This document shows positions 37,401-47,121 of a stretch of 64,000 bases of DNA, piece after piece. The DNA lies in the NCBI GenBank assembly GCA_964384945.1, contig CAYLMK010000001.1:350710-414709 (forward strand), written 5' to 3'. Made by a program: the position numbers and the translations under genes. The DNA comes from an uncultured Thermodesulfobacteriota bacterium (GTDB lineage: Bacteria > Desulfobacterota > DSWW01). The notes under the pieces are model-generated. The model made no database searches. It was not told where the DNA came from and saw only the letters and a program-made list of their open reading frames with translations. The first letter of the stretch is position 1; each line of letters starts with the position of its first letter.

Positions 37401-40163
37401 CTAGAAGGGAAATCCCAGGGAGAAGTGGACCTCCCCACGGTTCAGGGGAGGGTTGTCCTGGAGCTGGTAGCCGTACTCGACCCGGACCGGCCCCACCGGG
37501 GTGTGCAGCCGGAGGCCGGCGCCGGCCGACCAGCGGAAGGCCTCGAAGCCGATCGTGTCGAACCCTTGGGTGAGACTCCCCACATCCACGAACACCACCC
37601 CGTTCACCAGCCGGTAGATCGGGAAGCGAACCTCGAGGCTGCCCAGAATGCGCGAGGTGCCTCCTTTGGGGTTTCCCGCCTGGTCCCTGGGTCCCAGACC
37701 GTCCTTGGGGAACCCCCGCACGCTGTTGTTCCCACCGGCGAAGAGAAAGTAGGTCGAGGGGACCGCAGCGCTCCTGCCGTAAGGCTCCACGTGGTCCAGG
37801 GAAACCCGCGACGCCAGGACCCACTCGGGCTTCAACTCCTGGTAGATCTGCCCCTGGAACTCGCAGAGAACCAGTTCGTCATCGCTGCCCCAGGCCTCGT
37901 TCGAGACCGCCACCCTCGCCTGGATGTAACTCCCGCTTTTCGGATAAAGCTTGTCGCCCCTCGTGTCCCTCACGATCTGCGGTCTGACAAAGAGGTTGGT
38001 CGTCTCGGAAGGCTGCGGGGCGTCCGGGGCGTCGCTCTTCACGTCGTAGACGACCGAGTGGTCGAGGAGGAGGAAGAAGCCGGGCGTGTATGCCTCGAGG
38101 TACCTTCCGTAAGCGCCCGCCTCGATGGACATCGTCTGTTCGGTGTACGCCTCCAGTTCCTCTCTGGCGTACTTCGCCTGGGCGGTGGCGGTCACCCGCT
38201 GCGCCATCAGGGTGGGGTCGGCAAAGCTGAGCCTGACCTCCGACCTCTTCTGCCCGCCCACCACGTCCAGGTTGACCCTCTTGGCCCTCCCGAGGAGGTT
38301 CTCCTCCCGCATGGACAAGAGCCCCTCAAGCCCCCGGTCGGAGTCCAGGCTGATGCCCACCTCTGCCCCGAGCGACTTGCGTTCCCGGACCTCGATCAGG
38401 ACGGGGCTCTGCATCGCGTCCCCGGGATGCCCCTCCGCGGGGCCCTCCGAGGCAAGTTCCGAGCCGGGCGCCCGGATCGTGAGCCCCTCAAAGATCCCCA
38501 GCCGGAAAAGGCGCCTGCGTGTCTCGGAAAGCTCCTCGTTCTCGATCGGCTCTCCCTCCTTCAGCCGCAAGGCATTCCGGATGGGATTCAGGTGGGTCTT
38601 GCGATTTCCGGTAACGATCAGCCCGGAAAAGACAAATCTCCTCCCCTCGTCCACATGAAACGAGAGATCCACGGTGTGGTCTTTCTCGACCCGATAATCC
38701 GTGTTCACCCTGACCTGCAGATACCCCCTGTCTGCATAAAATCTCGTGATCCGCCTGGCCTCGGCCGCGAGCTTCCCGGGATGGAAGGGCTCTGCGGGTT
38801 CCAGCAGCATCGCTCCTCTCAACCCCGCCTCCAGATGGGTGCTCACCCCTTCGAGCCGCGACGAGGCGATCGTGTATCGGGGCCCCTCGTCGATACGGAC
38901 CAGCAGCCTTGCCCGGTTCTTCCTTTCCTCGTCGGGCTGCAGGGATTCTTCCACACGCACGTCGAGGAAGCCCTCGGACCTGTAAAGATTGACGATTGCG
39001 TTGCGGTCCTGCTCCCACTTCTCCGTGAGAAACCGGCCCAGCCTGAAGCGGAGGAGGCGCCTCGGCCGCGTGAGCACTTGCCGGGAGAGGGCCTTGTCGG
39101 TGAGGGTGCGGTTTCCCTGGAAGTCCACTTCGCTCAGGTACGATTTCTTCCCTTCGTCGACCGAGAAGACGACCCGGACCTCCGTATCCGCCTCGGTTCT
39201 CTCGAAGGTCACCCTGGCCTCGGGAAAGCCTTTCTCTTCATACAGCCGCTCGATCGCCTCGGCGCTGTCCTCCGCATCGAAGAAACCGCTGCTCCGGTTC
39301 TTGAAGAAGGTGGTCCGTTCCAGGATCCGCCGGCCGGGCAGCGCCGCGTTGCCTCTCACCTCCTGGATGAGCCTCTTTCCTTCATCGACCCTGACTCTCA
39401 GAACGGCCTTCCGTTTGTCCTCTTCGAGTTCCAGGGATTCGATCCGAACCCGGGCGGTGGGGTACCCGAACTGGCTGTAAGATTGCCGGACCCTTTCGAT
39501 TCTCCTGTCGAGCCGGTTCGCGGTCACCCAGGGCCAGATGCGAAACGCTGCGCGAACCCGTTCCGGATCCTGGTTGTTTACCCCCTCCAGTTCGATACGG
39601 CTGAATCGGACGTGGTGCCCCCTTCGGATGCGGTACCGGATTCGGACGGATCCGTCCTCGGGGTCTTGCTCGTAGCCGGGGCTCACCGCGGTTTCGTACC
39701 ACCCCTTCTTCTCGAACAGGGATTGAATGCGCCCGGCCTCCTCGGCCAGAAGGCCCTCCTCGAATGGGTCTCCCTCCTGCATGCTCAGGACACGCCGGAC
39801 GGAGGAGGCAAGGACAAACCCGTTCCCCTTGATGTCGATTCTGCGGACCCGCTCCATCTGCTCGAGATCGAACAGAACGGAGACGCCCTCGGGCCCCTCC
39901 GAGAGGCGGACCGATACGGATCGGAAAAGCCCGCTCTTTTTGAGCATCCGTTCGATGCCCCGTATCCGATCAGCGCTCGTCTGTTTGCCTTCTTGCAGAG
40001 GGATGAGGGGCAGGAAGCTCTCGGCAGGCGGGGAGGCGTACTTCGTGCGTATGTCGATGCGGGTAACGGTGAAGATCCCGGGCTGCGCCCAGGCCCTTGC
40101 GGGAAAAGACAGCAGACAGAGGCCCAGGAAAACGAGTCCCTTCGGAAACCCAGCGGCCCGCAT
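37401..40163 (-). CDS. Omp85/BamA-TamA family outer-membrane protein with an extended POTRA array
   Basis: Signal peptide, repeated POTRA patterns (Y...G+..+.V, +.+.GN), FAGGNNSVRGF loop-6 motif, GAGLRLHTPVGPVRVEYG, terminal HFSLGFPF. Confidence 0.88.
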   Translation of the reverse strand: MRAAGFPKGLVFLGLCLLSFPARAWAQPGIFTVTRIDIRTKYASPPAESFLPLIPLQEGKQTSADRIRGIERMLKKSGLFRSVSVRLSEGPEGVSVLFDLEQMERVRRIDIKGNGFVLASSVRRVLSMQEGDPFEEGLLAEEAGRIQSLFEKKGWYETAVSPGYEQDPEDGSVRIRYRIRRGHHVRFSRIELEGVNNQDPERVRAAFRIWPWVTANRLDRRIERVRQSYSQFGYPTARVRIESLELEEDKRKAVLRVRVDEGKRLIQEVRGNAALPGRRILERTTFFKNRSSGFFDAEDSAEAIERLYEEKGFPEARVTFERTEADTEVRVVFSVDEGKKSYLSEVDFQGNRTLTDKALSRQVLTRPRRLLRFRLGRFLTEKWEQDRNAIVNLYRSEGFLDVRVEESLQPDEERKNRARLLVRIDEGPRYTIASSRLEGVSTHLEAGLRGAMLLEPAEPFHPGKLAAEARRITRFYADRGYLQVRVNTDYRVEKDHTVDLSFHVDEGRRFVFSGLIVTGNRKTHLNPIRNALRLKEGEPIENEELSETRRRLFRLGIFEGLTIRAPGSELASEGPAEGHPGDAMQSPVLIEVRERKSLGAEVGISLDSDRGLEGLLSMREENLLGRAKRVNLDVVGGQKRSEVRLSFADPTLMAQRVTATAQAKYAREELEAYTEQTMSIEAGAYGRYLEAYTPGFFLLLDHSVVYDVKSDAPDAPQPSETTNLFVRPQIVRDTRGDKLYPKSGSYIQARVAVSNEAWGSDDELVLCEFQGQIYQELKPEWVLASRVSLDHVEPYGRSAAVPSTYFLFAGGNNSVRGFPKDGLGPRDQAGNPKGGTSRILGSLEVRFPIYRLVNGVVFVDVGSLTQGFDTIGFEAFRWSAGAGLRLHTPVGPVRVEYGYQLQDNPPLNRGEVHFSLGFPF

Positions 40164-40306
40164 GGAGCATGATTTCGTCTTCAAGCAGATCACGGATCAA
40201 ATCTACTTGATTCGACCCGGAGGCGCAAAACAGGCAATGCCGAAGCCGGGCTGCAGGGTCGCGATAGATGGCCCATCGGTTTCTTTCCGCCTGCCGGAGA
40301 TCTCCG

Positions 40307-40729
40307 TCAGGGCGGAGTGCAAACCCCGAAGACGACGAAGGCCAGTTGGTCGCCTGCGACCGTAAGGACCATGTAACCGGTCGCTTCGGTTAGGGCGAGG
40401 CTCCATTTCCGGCCGTTCTGGGTACCGCTGAGAAGCATGACCCCTTCGGCACGCTCCACTTTCTCGATCTTGGAGGTTCCTGCCTCCTGGTGCCGGGTCG
40501 TGTGAATGACCTGCTTGCCGAAATCGACTCGGAGAAAACGCGAGAGTCCGTTGCTTTCCGGGTTCCCGCCTTCGCACCCGATGTCCGGGCTGCACTCGAA
40601 TGCGTTGATCATCGCGCACACCAGAGGCTTCGACCCGTCGAAGTCGCCCGCAAGGGCAAGATCCGTAGTCAGGCAAAGAAGAAGCGCGAACGTGAGAACC
40701 GCCACAACCCCGAGGGTCTTTCTCGTCAT
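40307..40729 (-). CDS. Small secreted hypothetical protein with four Cys
   Basis: GAGGAGG RBS, signal peptide ending ALA-GDFDGSKPLVC, C-terminal VFGVCTPP. Confidence 0.65.
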   Translation of the reverse strand: MTRKTLGVVAVLTFALLLCLTTDLALAGDFDGSKPLVCAMINAFECSPDIGCEGGNPESNGLSRFLRVDFGKQVIHTTRHQEAGTSKIEKVERAEGVMLLSGTQNGRKWSLALTEATGYMVLTVAGDQLAFVVFGVCTPP

Positions 40730-40758
40730 TTCAACTCCCTCCTCATCGGCCCGGCCTG

Positions 40759-41253
40759 TTACTTCAGGGTGTAATTGCGACCTTCCATGCAGGCGGAAAA
40801 GGCGCGGTCGTATAGGCCCCGTTTCTGCTGGTAGTCGGCCTGCTGCGCTGCGACCTGCTGCTGGTACTGCTCCTGCTGGTTCCTGTAGTCGGATCGCTTG
40901 CGCATCGCTCCGACTCCGCCTCCCGCGACCGCCCCGATAGCGGCTCCCTTGCCAGCGTCCCCGGCGATCGCGCCGCCGATCGCGCCCAGGGCCGCCCCGC
41001 GTGCGGCTCCACCGACCACCTGCCCCTCGTGCTGCAGGCCCGACGGCGGCGGGGCCGGCGCGGCGGCCGGCGCCTGCATGGGATCGAAGCCGCTCTGCTG
41101 CTTGGCCCAGATGTAACACTCGGCCTTGTCCTTCTCCATCTGCTCAGGGCTCTGCCCCTTGGTAGGATAGATAAAAGGTTCGGCCGCCCAGGCGCTTCCC
41201 ATGGCCAGACTCATCAGCACGAGCAGAGCCAAGACTCGCACGTTCCGCCCCAT
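40759..41253 (-). CDS. Secreted glycine-zipper protein (YMGG-like)
   Basis: Signal peptide, IYPTKGQSPEQMEKDKAECYIWA, GAARGAALGAIGGAIAGDAGKGAAIGA zipper, ending ACMEGRNYTLK. Confidence 0.8.
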   Translation of the reverse strand: MGRNVRVLALLVLMSLAMGSAWAAEPFIYPTKGQSPEQMEKDKAECYIWAKQQSGFDPMQAPAAAPAPPPSGLQHEGQVVGGAARGAALGAIGGAIAGDAGKGAAIGAVAGGGVGAMRKRSDYRNQQEQYQQQVAAQQADYQQKRGLYDRAFSACMEGRNYTLK

Positions 41254-41543
41254 AGCGTCTTCTCCTTCTGGGTTATATTGCGAAAGACCTGCCGGGAAGT
41301 ATCTGACCGTCGGGCGTATGATACACCAACGATTTTGGAAAAGTCCATCGCCGGCAGGGATCAATGCCGGGTGAAGAAAACAACGGCTTTGAGAATCCAG
41401 TCCCCTTCGCGGTGTTCCCCCCATGGCTTGCGGAAGAGAGCAGAACAAGGAGGAGGCCGAACAGAATTCTCCAGAGTGCCATGCTCATCCAAACACGGGC
41501 TGCACCGATTTGGTTCTGGATGCGAAGAAGGTCCAGCGGACAA

Positions 41544-43013
41544 TTACGGAGCCTGCTTGAGTGACTTCTCGACCCGTTCCCGCTCCTTCATCTCCTCCAC
41601 CGCCAGCGTATAGGCTACGTAATACTTGAAGATGTTGCTCACGTAATTGACCGGCTCCCGGCCGACCTTCTCTGAGACGACCGCCTCGACGTTGTTGAAC
41701 CAGACGTTCGGGTTCAGGCCCCGCTGCTCCGCAAGCTTTCGCATCTGCGCGATCCGAGCGGGCCCTGCGTTGTACGAGGCGAAGGCGAAGAGCCCCTTGT
41801 TGAGACGGTCCATCGGCTCTTTCTCGTAGTACTGGTCTATCATGAAACGGATGTATTTGACGCCGGCGTGAATGTTGGAATCCAACTGCGTGATGTCGCC
41901 CACCTTCAGTTCCTTGCCCGTAGCGGGCATCACCTGCATGACACCGATCGCACCCACCCGGCTTTTCGCCTGGTGGTTGAGCTGCGACTCCTGGTAGCCC
42001 TGGGCAATCATGAGCAGAGGGTCCACATCGTACTCCCCACTGAACTTCTTGAAGATTTCGACCAGTTTCATGAATTTTGCGAGCTCCTGCGGATCACTCG
42101 CGCGCTTGACGGCCTCCGTACTCTTGAAATAGCGTCTCATAATATCATTGCCGAAGGCGGAGCCCTTCCGGTGAGTTTTGACGAATGCGTCCACCGTCTC
42201 CTTGAGCTTGGGGCTATCCTTGCGGAACATCCACGCAATGCGCCCGCCCGTGTTCACCGCCGCCTCGGGGCGCGGGACGATCTGGGTGTAGATCCCTTTC
42301 CAGAATTCGGCCTTTTGGCTGTCGACGACCGTGACCTTCACGAGCCCCGCATGCACCATCTCCAGGATGTCTTCGTCCTCGAGGGCCTCCGGGGCAGGAC
42401 GCAGCTTGACCGGGGTCTTGCCCTCTTGCCGGAAACGGGCGTTGAGCCGCTCCAGATGCTCCCAGTAGGACGACGTCTCGCGCACGAAGACCTCCTTGCC
42501 GGAAAGATCCTCCACGCTCGCGAGCGGTGGGCCATCCGAGGCGGTCACCGGGATTTCGTTCACGCCGTCCCATACAGGCTCCGAGAAGGCGACGAGTTCC
42601 TCGCGCTCCGGGGTTATGGTCAACCCTGCGACGGCGATGTCGCCTCTTCCTTCCCGCAGGGCCGGGATCAGGTCGTCGCGGGAGACCGGGATGAAAAGCA
42701 CATGCACGCGGGTTGCCGGTTTGGTCTTGAGCTTCTTGTTGATCTCGTCCTCGAAGGCCTTGAGCCCGTCATAGGCGCTCCCCCGCTGCACCCCCTTGTC
42801 CACGAAGTAGTAGGATTTGCTGTAGACAACCAGCGCGCGGACCATCCGGCGCTTCACCATCCCGTCGAAGTCGCCCGTCCATTTCAGGCTCGCAGCGTTC
42901 AGGAAGGCTTCCGCCTCGGATACGGGCGGCTCAGCCTCTTCCTGCGCCCACGCACGTCCGCCCATCAGCAGAGAAAGAACCATGAGAAGAAAAGCCGTGC
43001 TTCGATTTTTCAT
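41544..43013 (-). CDS. MltF-like lytic transglycosylase (solute-binding domain + SLT)
   Basis: GRGDIAVAGLTITPER binding-protein motif, then YQESQL, GAIGVMQVMP, ASYNAGP, EPVNYVSNI SLT motifs. Confidence 0.88.
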   Translation of the reverse strand: MKNRSTAFLLMVLSLLMGGRAWAQEEAEPPVSEAEAFLNAASLKWTGDFDGMVKRRMVRALVVYSKSYYFVDKGVQRGSAYDGLKAFEDEINKKLKTKPATRVHVLFIPVSRDDLIPALREGRGDIAVAGLTITPEREELVAFSEPVWDGVNEIPVTASDGPPLASVEDLSGKEVFVRETSSYWEHLERLNARFRQEGKTPVKLRPAPEALEDEDILEMVHAGLVKVTVVDSQKAEFWKGIYTQIVPRPEAAVNTGGRIAWMFRKDSPKLKETVDAFVKTHRKGSAFGNDIMRRYFKSTEAVKRASDPQELAKFMKLVEIFKKFSGEYDVDPLLMIAQGYQESQLNHQAKSRVGAIGVMQVMPATGKELKVGDITQLDSNIHAGVKYIRFMIDQYYEKEPMDRLNKGLFAFASYNAGPARIAQMRKLAEQRGLNPNVWFNNVEAVVSEKVGREPVNYVSNIFKYYVAYTLAVEEMKERERVEKSLKQAP

Positions 43014-43304
43014 GCGAGACCCTCGTACGTCCGGCGGTCTGAAAGTCCGAACATCAGGGAGCGGAAGAGCTTATTCCCGACCTCGTCTCCTTCAAAGGGA
43101 TAATTCTATCAATACCGCGGAAGAACGGCAAGACGGCTGGTCTTATTCGCTCCGACCTGTCGGCGGTCACGGGGCGGGGAGAACCCCCGGTCGCTTCGCA
43201 GGCTGTTGCAGCGAAAGCGAGACCGCCGTCCGGGAGCCAGGCCAAGGGCCCGCTGCACGGAAGCCGGCGTCGCCAAGCGCAAGCTGGCCCAGCAGGGCGA
43301 GGTC

Positions 43305-43406
43305 GATCGACCAGGCCCGCGCCTTGATCTCCTCCTCCGCGGCGTTGTGGCAGGTCTGGCAGGCGCGGTTGAGGTTGAGCAGCGGCGAACGGACGTGGGG
43401 GTCCGA
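43305..43406 (-). pseudogene. nrfA: Fragment of a cytochrome c nitrite reductase (nrfA-like) gene
   Basis: SDPHVRSPLLNLNRACQTCHNAAEEEIKAR matches the NrfA fifth-heme region (SDH.VRSPLLN+NRACQTCH...EEE+KAR, recalled); the flanking sequence does not continue the protein. Confidence 0.7.
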
Positions 43407-43438
43407 TTGATCCGTAACCCCTGGAAGGAGGCCCACGG

Positions 43439-44521
43439 TCACGGCACCAGGGTGCAGACGTCGTCCGGCCCGCCGATCGTGTCGAACAGGAAATTCGTCT
43501 GGATCGGCACGGTGAAGTTCAGAAGGCCCGTAAAGATCATCTCATACGTTCCGTCATCGTCCGGGTTGAACTCGGCCGGCTGCATCAGGATGAAGTCGGA
43601 CCGGGACGAGTCGGTCTCGTCCAGCGCAAAGCCGGTCTCTTCACCCTCCTGATAGATAAGGAACCGCGCGTCGTACATGTCCGCCAGTGTATAGGGCGGC
43701 GGCAGGTTGCCGTTGTCGACCAGGGTGAAGGACACGTAGAGAGAACCGCTCTCGTAGCGCTTCGTGCAGACAACGTCCAGGCCCGGGTCCGGCTGGTAAA
43801 CATCCAACTCTATGGTTGCACTGGCCGACTCGGCCGATGCCTGGGCGTAAGCCGACACCAGAACCTCGTACCTCTTTCCGTCCGGTTCCGGACCGCCCGT
43901 CAGTTCAGGCAGCCGAAGGGACCACCGGGTACGGATCGGCACCGCCTCGACGATCGGGTCGCAAAGGGAGGATGGGAAAAGGTCGCAGTTCTGGATCACC
44001 GCCCTTATCTCGCTCATCGTGTCGGTGGCCTGAACCACCACGTCGATCTGGGAGTTCTCGTCGAGGCGCGGCCGCACACCTCCAATGATGTTGACCTGGG
44101 GAGTCGCATAGGCAGCGATCAAGCCGAAGTCGCCTCCCTCAACCTGGCACGTGGCGGAGCACCCGTCACCGTCGGCGGTATTTCCGTCATCGCAGGCCTC
44201 GCTCTCGAGTGGGTCGTGAATGCCGTCTCCGCAGACAGGAATTGTGCAGTTGGCCCGGCAGCCGTCGCCTTCTGTCGTGTTGCCGTCGTCGCATTCCTCG
44301 CCGGTATCCATCACGTTGTCCCCGCACGAGGGTAGCGTACAGTCCAAACGGCATGCGTCGGGCATAGTGTCGCTATTGTCCTCGCCCTGGTCGCATTCCT
44401 CGGCAGGATCTTCGATGCCGTCACCGCAGAGGGGGGGGAAGTTACAAGCAGCCGCTCCGATCGAGATCGCCACCAACGCGACACTCGCCAGTGTGACGGG
44501 GAACAGCCCCTTAGCCAACAT
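43439..44521 (-). CDS. Lipoprotein with three Myxococcus-type cysteine-rich repeats (DUF4215-like) and an unknown C-terminal domain
   Basis: Lipobox GAAAC; CGDGIEDPAEECDQG, CGDNVMDTGEECDDGN...GC...C, CGDGIHD...EACDDGN...GCSATC. Confidence 0.82.
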   Translation of the reverse strand: MLAKGLFPVTLASVALVAISIGAAACNFPPLCGDGIEDPAEECDQGEDNSDTMPDACRLDCTLPSCGDNVMDTGEECDDGNTTEGDGCRANCTIPVCGDGIHDPLESEACDDGNTADGDGCSATCQVEGGDFGLIAAYATPQVNIIGGVRPRLDENSQIDVVVQATDTMSEIRAVIQNCDLFPSSLCDPIVEAVPIRTRWSLRLPELTGGPEPDGKRYEVLVSAYAQASAESASATIELDVYQPDPGLDVVCTKRYESGSLYVSFTLVDNGNLPPPYTLADMYDARFLIYQEGEETGFALDETDSSRSDFILMQPAEFNPDDDGTYEMIFTGLLNFTVPIQTNFLFDTIGGPDDVCTLVP

Positions 44522-44995
44522 TGCTTTTCGCAAGCCCTTCCAGGCTGGCGGTGTTAGCGGTAGTATTAGCGGTATTAAATGACCTTCATTGTTCATGGTC
44601 CGGCCCTTCTCCGGTGTTCGTTCAATTCCCCCGGCCCGCCCGCGGGAGTCCCCGGTACAGGGTGAAACGAGATTCGCTTTCCTGTCATTCGCATTCCTTG
44701 AAACGCACTTCACGCATTTGTTTGCCTCGTTCATCACTTGGCCCTTCTTGCAGGCACAAACAGGACAGGTTACCCGGGATCTTTGTCATGCCGCTTGGAT
44801 TCTTTTTGGCTCGCAGGGGATTCCGCCGGCGGAGAGGATTTTTGAAAGGCTCGTCCTGGAAAGGGGTCCGTCCTCCTGAACGCGAGCCCTATGAGGGCGT
44901 CAGACAGATGGACCAGATCCGCAAGGGCAAGCGGAAGGCCTCGCGGGCGCGACGGGCGGACGAGGCGGATGTGAAGACGATCCGGGTGTAGCGCC

Positions 44996-45124
44996 GTGGA
45001 GAAGATCCTGGAGGTGCCCGGGAAGTGCGAGTTCATGGCCGTGACTGCCTTCGGGAAGCCCCCGAAAGCCGGCGGTCCCGGGGAAAGGAAGGCCCTGAAG
45101 GGCGTGGTTCTCGGCCGGGAATGA
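44996..45124 (+). pseudogene. Possible C-terminal remnant of a nitroreductase gene
   Basis: VEKILEVPGKCEFMAVTAFGKP...RKALKGVV resembles the nitroreductase C-terminus (+..+L.+P.....+A+..+G.P......RK.L..+V); an in-frame stop lies just upstream. Confidence 0.35.
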
Positions 45125-45300
45125 GCAGCCGTCCTCCTGCTTATCCTTTACCCCGGCAGAGGTCACCTGTAGGAAGGTGTTTGCCGGCACCATCGTATGC
45201 GCTATATTGTGTGAAGGTCCTGGAACCGTGATGGTCCGGGCAGGATCGTACGGTTTCACGATGCTTGATTGCCCAACCCACGTGAAGCTGAGGCGAAGAC

Positions 45301-46827
45301 ATGGAGAAGGATACCGCCCGGGGTGAATTGGAAAGCGCCGGGTCCGGACCCGGAGTGGAAAAGTCGCCGGAAGACGGCGGAGGAACGGCCCGGGAGTTGA
45401 GGAAGGCTCTGCTGGCGGACGGCAAGCTCTTCGAGAACGTGATCGACAGCATGCCCGGCCTCCTGTTCATTCTGGATGACCAGGGAAGGTATCTGGTCTG
45501 GAACAAGAATCTGGAGGAGGTCCTCGGCTGCTCCGAGGAGGATCTGATGAACCGGCCCGCAGGCTTCAAGATCAGCGCCAAGGATCGGGCCAGGGTCGTG
45601 AGTGAAATCAGGAGATCCGACGAAGAGGGCAGAAGAGGAAAACAGATATCGGTTGAATACGATCTCGTGCTGAAGGACGGCAAGGAAGTCCCGTATTTTG
45701 CGAGTGCAAGGGCCACCCGAATGGGTGACAGGACCTTCATCATAGGCATGTCGCTCGACATCTCCGCCAGAAAGAGAGCGGAAGACAAATTGCGGAAGGC
45801 CTTCGCGAAGATCGCAGAACTCAAAGAGCAGCTCCAGGCGGAGTGGGTCTATCTTCAGGAAGAGATAAAGCTGGCCCACAACTTCGACAACATCGTCGGC
45901 GAGAGCGCTGCACTGAAATACGTCCTGTTCAAGGTCGAGCAGGTTGCCCAGACGGACGCAACCGTTCTGATTCAGGGGGAGACGGGAACAGGCAAGGAGC
46001 TGGTTGCGCGGGCGATTCACAGTTCGAGTCCGCGCAAGGATCGACCCCTGGTCAAGGTCGATTGCACCACCCTGCCATCGAATCTGGTCGAAAACGAGCT
46101 GTTCGGGCATGAACGAGGGGCTTTCACCGGCGCTCACGCAAGGCAGGCGGGTCGTTTCGAGCTTGCGCACGGCGGCACCATCTTCCTGGACGAGATCGGC
46201 GAACTCTCACCGGACCTCCAGGCCAAGCTGCTCAGGGTGATCCAGGACGGTGAATTCGAACGACTGGGCGGTTCGAAGACGATTCGGGTCGACGTCAGAG
46301 TCCTCGCAGCGACAAACAGAAAGCTGGAGCAGGAAGTGGAGAAAGGGCGATTTCGCGAAGATCTCTGGTACCGGCTCAATGTGTTTCCCATCAGCGTTCC
46401 GCCGCTCAGAGATCGCAAGGAAGACATCCCCCCGCTCGTCTACTCCCTGGTCAACAAGTACGGCAAGAAATTCGGGAAGCCCGTCAAGACGATCTCGCAG
46501 GACGCGATGAACTCCCTGATGAGCTACGATTGGCCCGGCAACGTGAGGGAACTGGAGAACGTGATTGAACGGGCCGTCATCAACACGAAGGGCCAGGCGC
46601 TCCGTATTGTGGACGAGCTGAAGGGACCCAGATCCGAGAAGACCACGGCCGCCCAGAAGAGAACCCTGAAAGATGTTGAGCGCGAACACATTGTGAAGAC
46701 CCTTGCCGAATGCAAATGGAAGATCGAAGGAAAGAACGGCGCGGCATCAATCCTGGATCTGCATCCGAGCACGTTGCGCGGCCGCATGCGAAAGCTCGGC
46801 ATAAAGCCCCCCTGGAAGGGCACCTGA
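45301..46827 (+). CDS. PAS-domain sigma-54-dependent activator (FhlA/HyfR-like C-terminus)
   Basis: PAS/PAC N-terminus, [45 protein letters not shown]. Confidence 0.9.
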   Translation: MEKDTARGELESAGSGPGVEKSPEDGGGTARELRKALLADGKLFENVIDSMPGLLFILDDQGRYLVWNKNLEEVLGCSEEDLMNRPAGFKISAKDRARVVSEIRRSDEEGRRGKQISVEYDLVLKDGKEVPYFASARATRMGDRTFIIGMSLDISARKRAEDKLRKAFAKIAELKEQLQAEWVYLQEEIKLAHNFDNIVGESAALKYVLFKVEQVAQTDATVLIQGETGTGKELVARAIHSSSPRKDRPLVKVDCTTLPSNLVENELFGHERGAFTGAHARQAGRFELAHGGTIFLDEIGELSPDLQAKLLRVIQDGEFERLGGSKTIRVDVRVLAATNRKLEQEVEKGRFREDLWYRLNVFPISVPPLRDRKEDIPPLVYSLVNKYGKKFGKPVKTISQDAMNSLMSYDWPGNVRELENVIERAVINTKGQALRIVDELKGPRSEKTTAAQKRTLKDVEREHIVKTLAECKWKIEGKNGAASILDLHPSTLRGRMRKLGIKPPWKGT

Positions 46828-46844
46828 GGAGGCTTAGCTTTTCT

Positions 46845-46856
46845 GTCATATATGAC
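46845..46856. promoter_or_regulatory. Perfect palindrome GTCATATATGAC; candidate UAS of the PAS activator
   Basis: 12-bp palindrome 17 nt after the activator stop and about 135 bp upstream of a -24/-12-like element. Confidence 0.5.
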
Positions 46857-46985
46857 GGATCTGTTTTTTATGGCAGAAAATTTCGCCCCCGCGCCCAGTC
46901 CATGGGCATCTTCTCGTTACTCCCGATGAACCTATCCTGCTGAAAATAAACAATAAATCATCCGACGCGACCGATCCCTCCCCTT

Positions 46986-47001
46986 TGGCACTGGATTTGA
47001 A
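46986..47001 (+). promoter_or_regulatory. Candidate sigma-54 promoter (TGGCAC-TGGAT-TTGAA) for the downstream catabolic operon
   Basis: Perfect -24 box and spacing; -12 reads TTGA, as at glnK1. Confidence 0.5.
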
Positions 47002-47121
47002 AGTCTTCCCGTTCGTTGCCTGGTCCGCGCCACCCGTCCGGGAAATCCAGCACTTGACGGATTTGCACCTGCCCGTTTGTTTCGTCTGAAGGGCAGACTC
47101 CCTCGGAGATACACCCAGGTC

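Noticed and set aside
33328-37824. Supplied upstream-extended ORF starts (33328-37824, 20537-22480, 1249-2637, 60492-62192, 40307-41119)
   Set aside because: The extensions overlap neighbouring genes and are non-protein-like; downstream ATGs with an RBS and signal or motif context were used instead.
44140-44430. Periodic repeats as a possible CRISPR or DNA repeat array
   Set aside because: The periodicity is at protein level (Cys-rich repeats) with degenerate codons; no identical direct repeats with spacers, and no cas genes anywhere in the window.
46871-46886. TGGCAGAAAATTTCGC as a sigma-54 promoter; similarly TGGCAGAACAGATGTGC near 5073
   Set aside because: GG-to-GC spacing is 11 or 12 nt rather than the obligatory 10.
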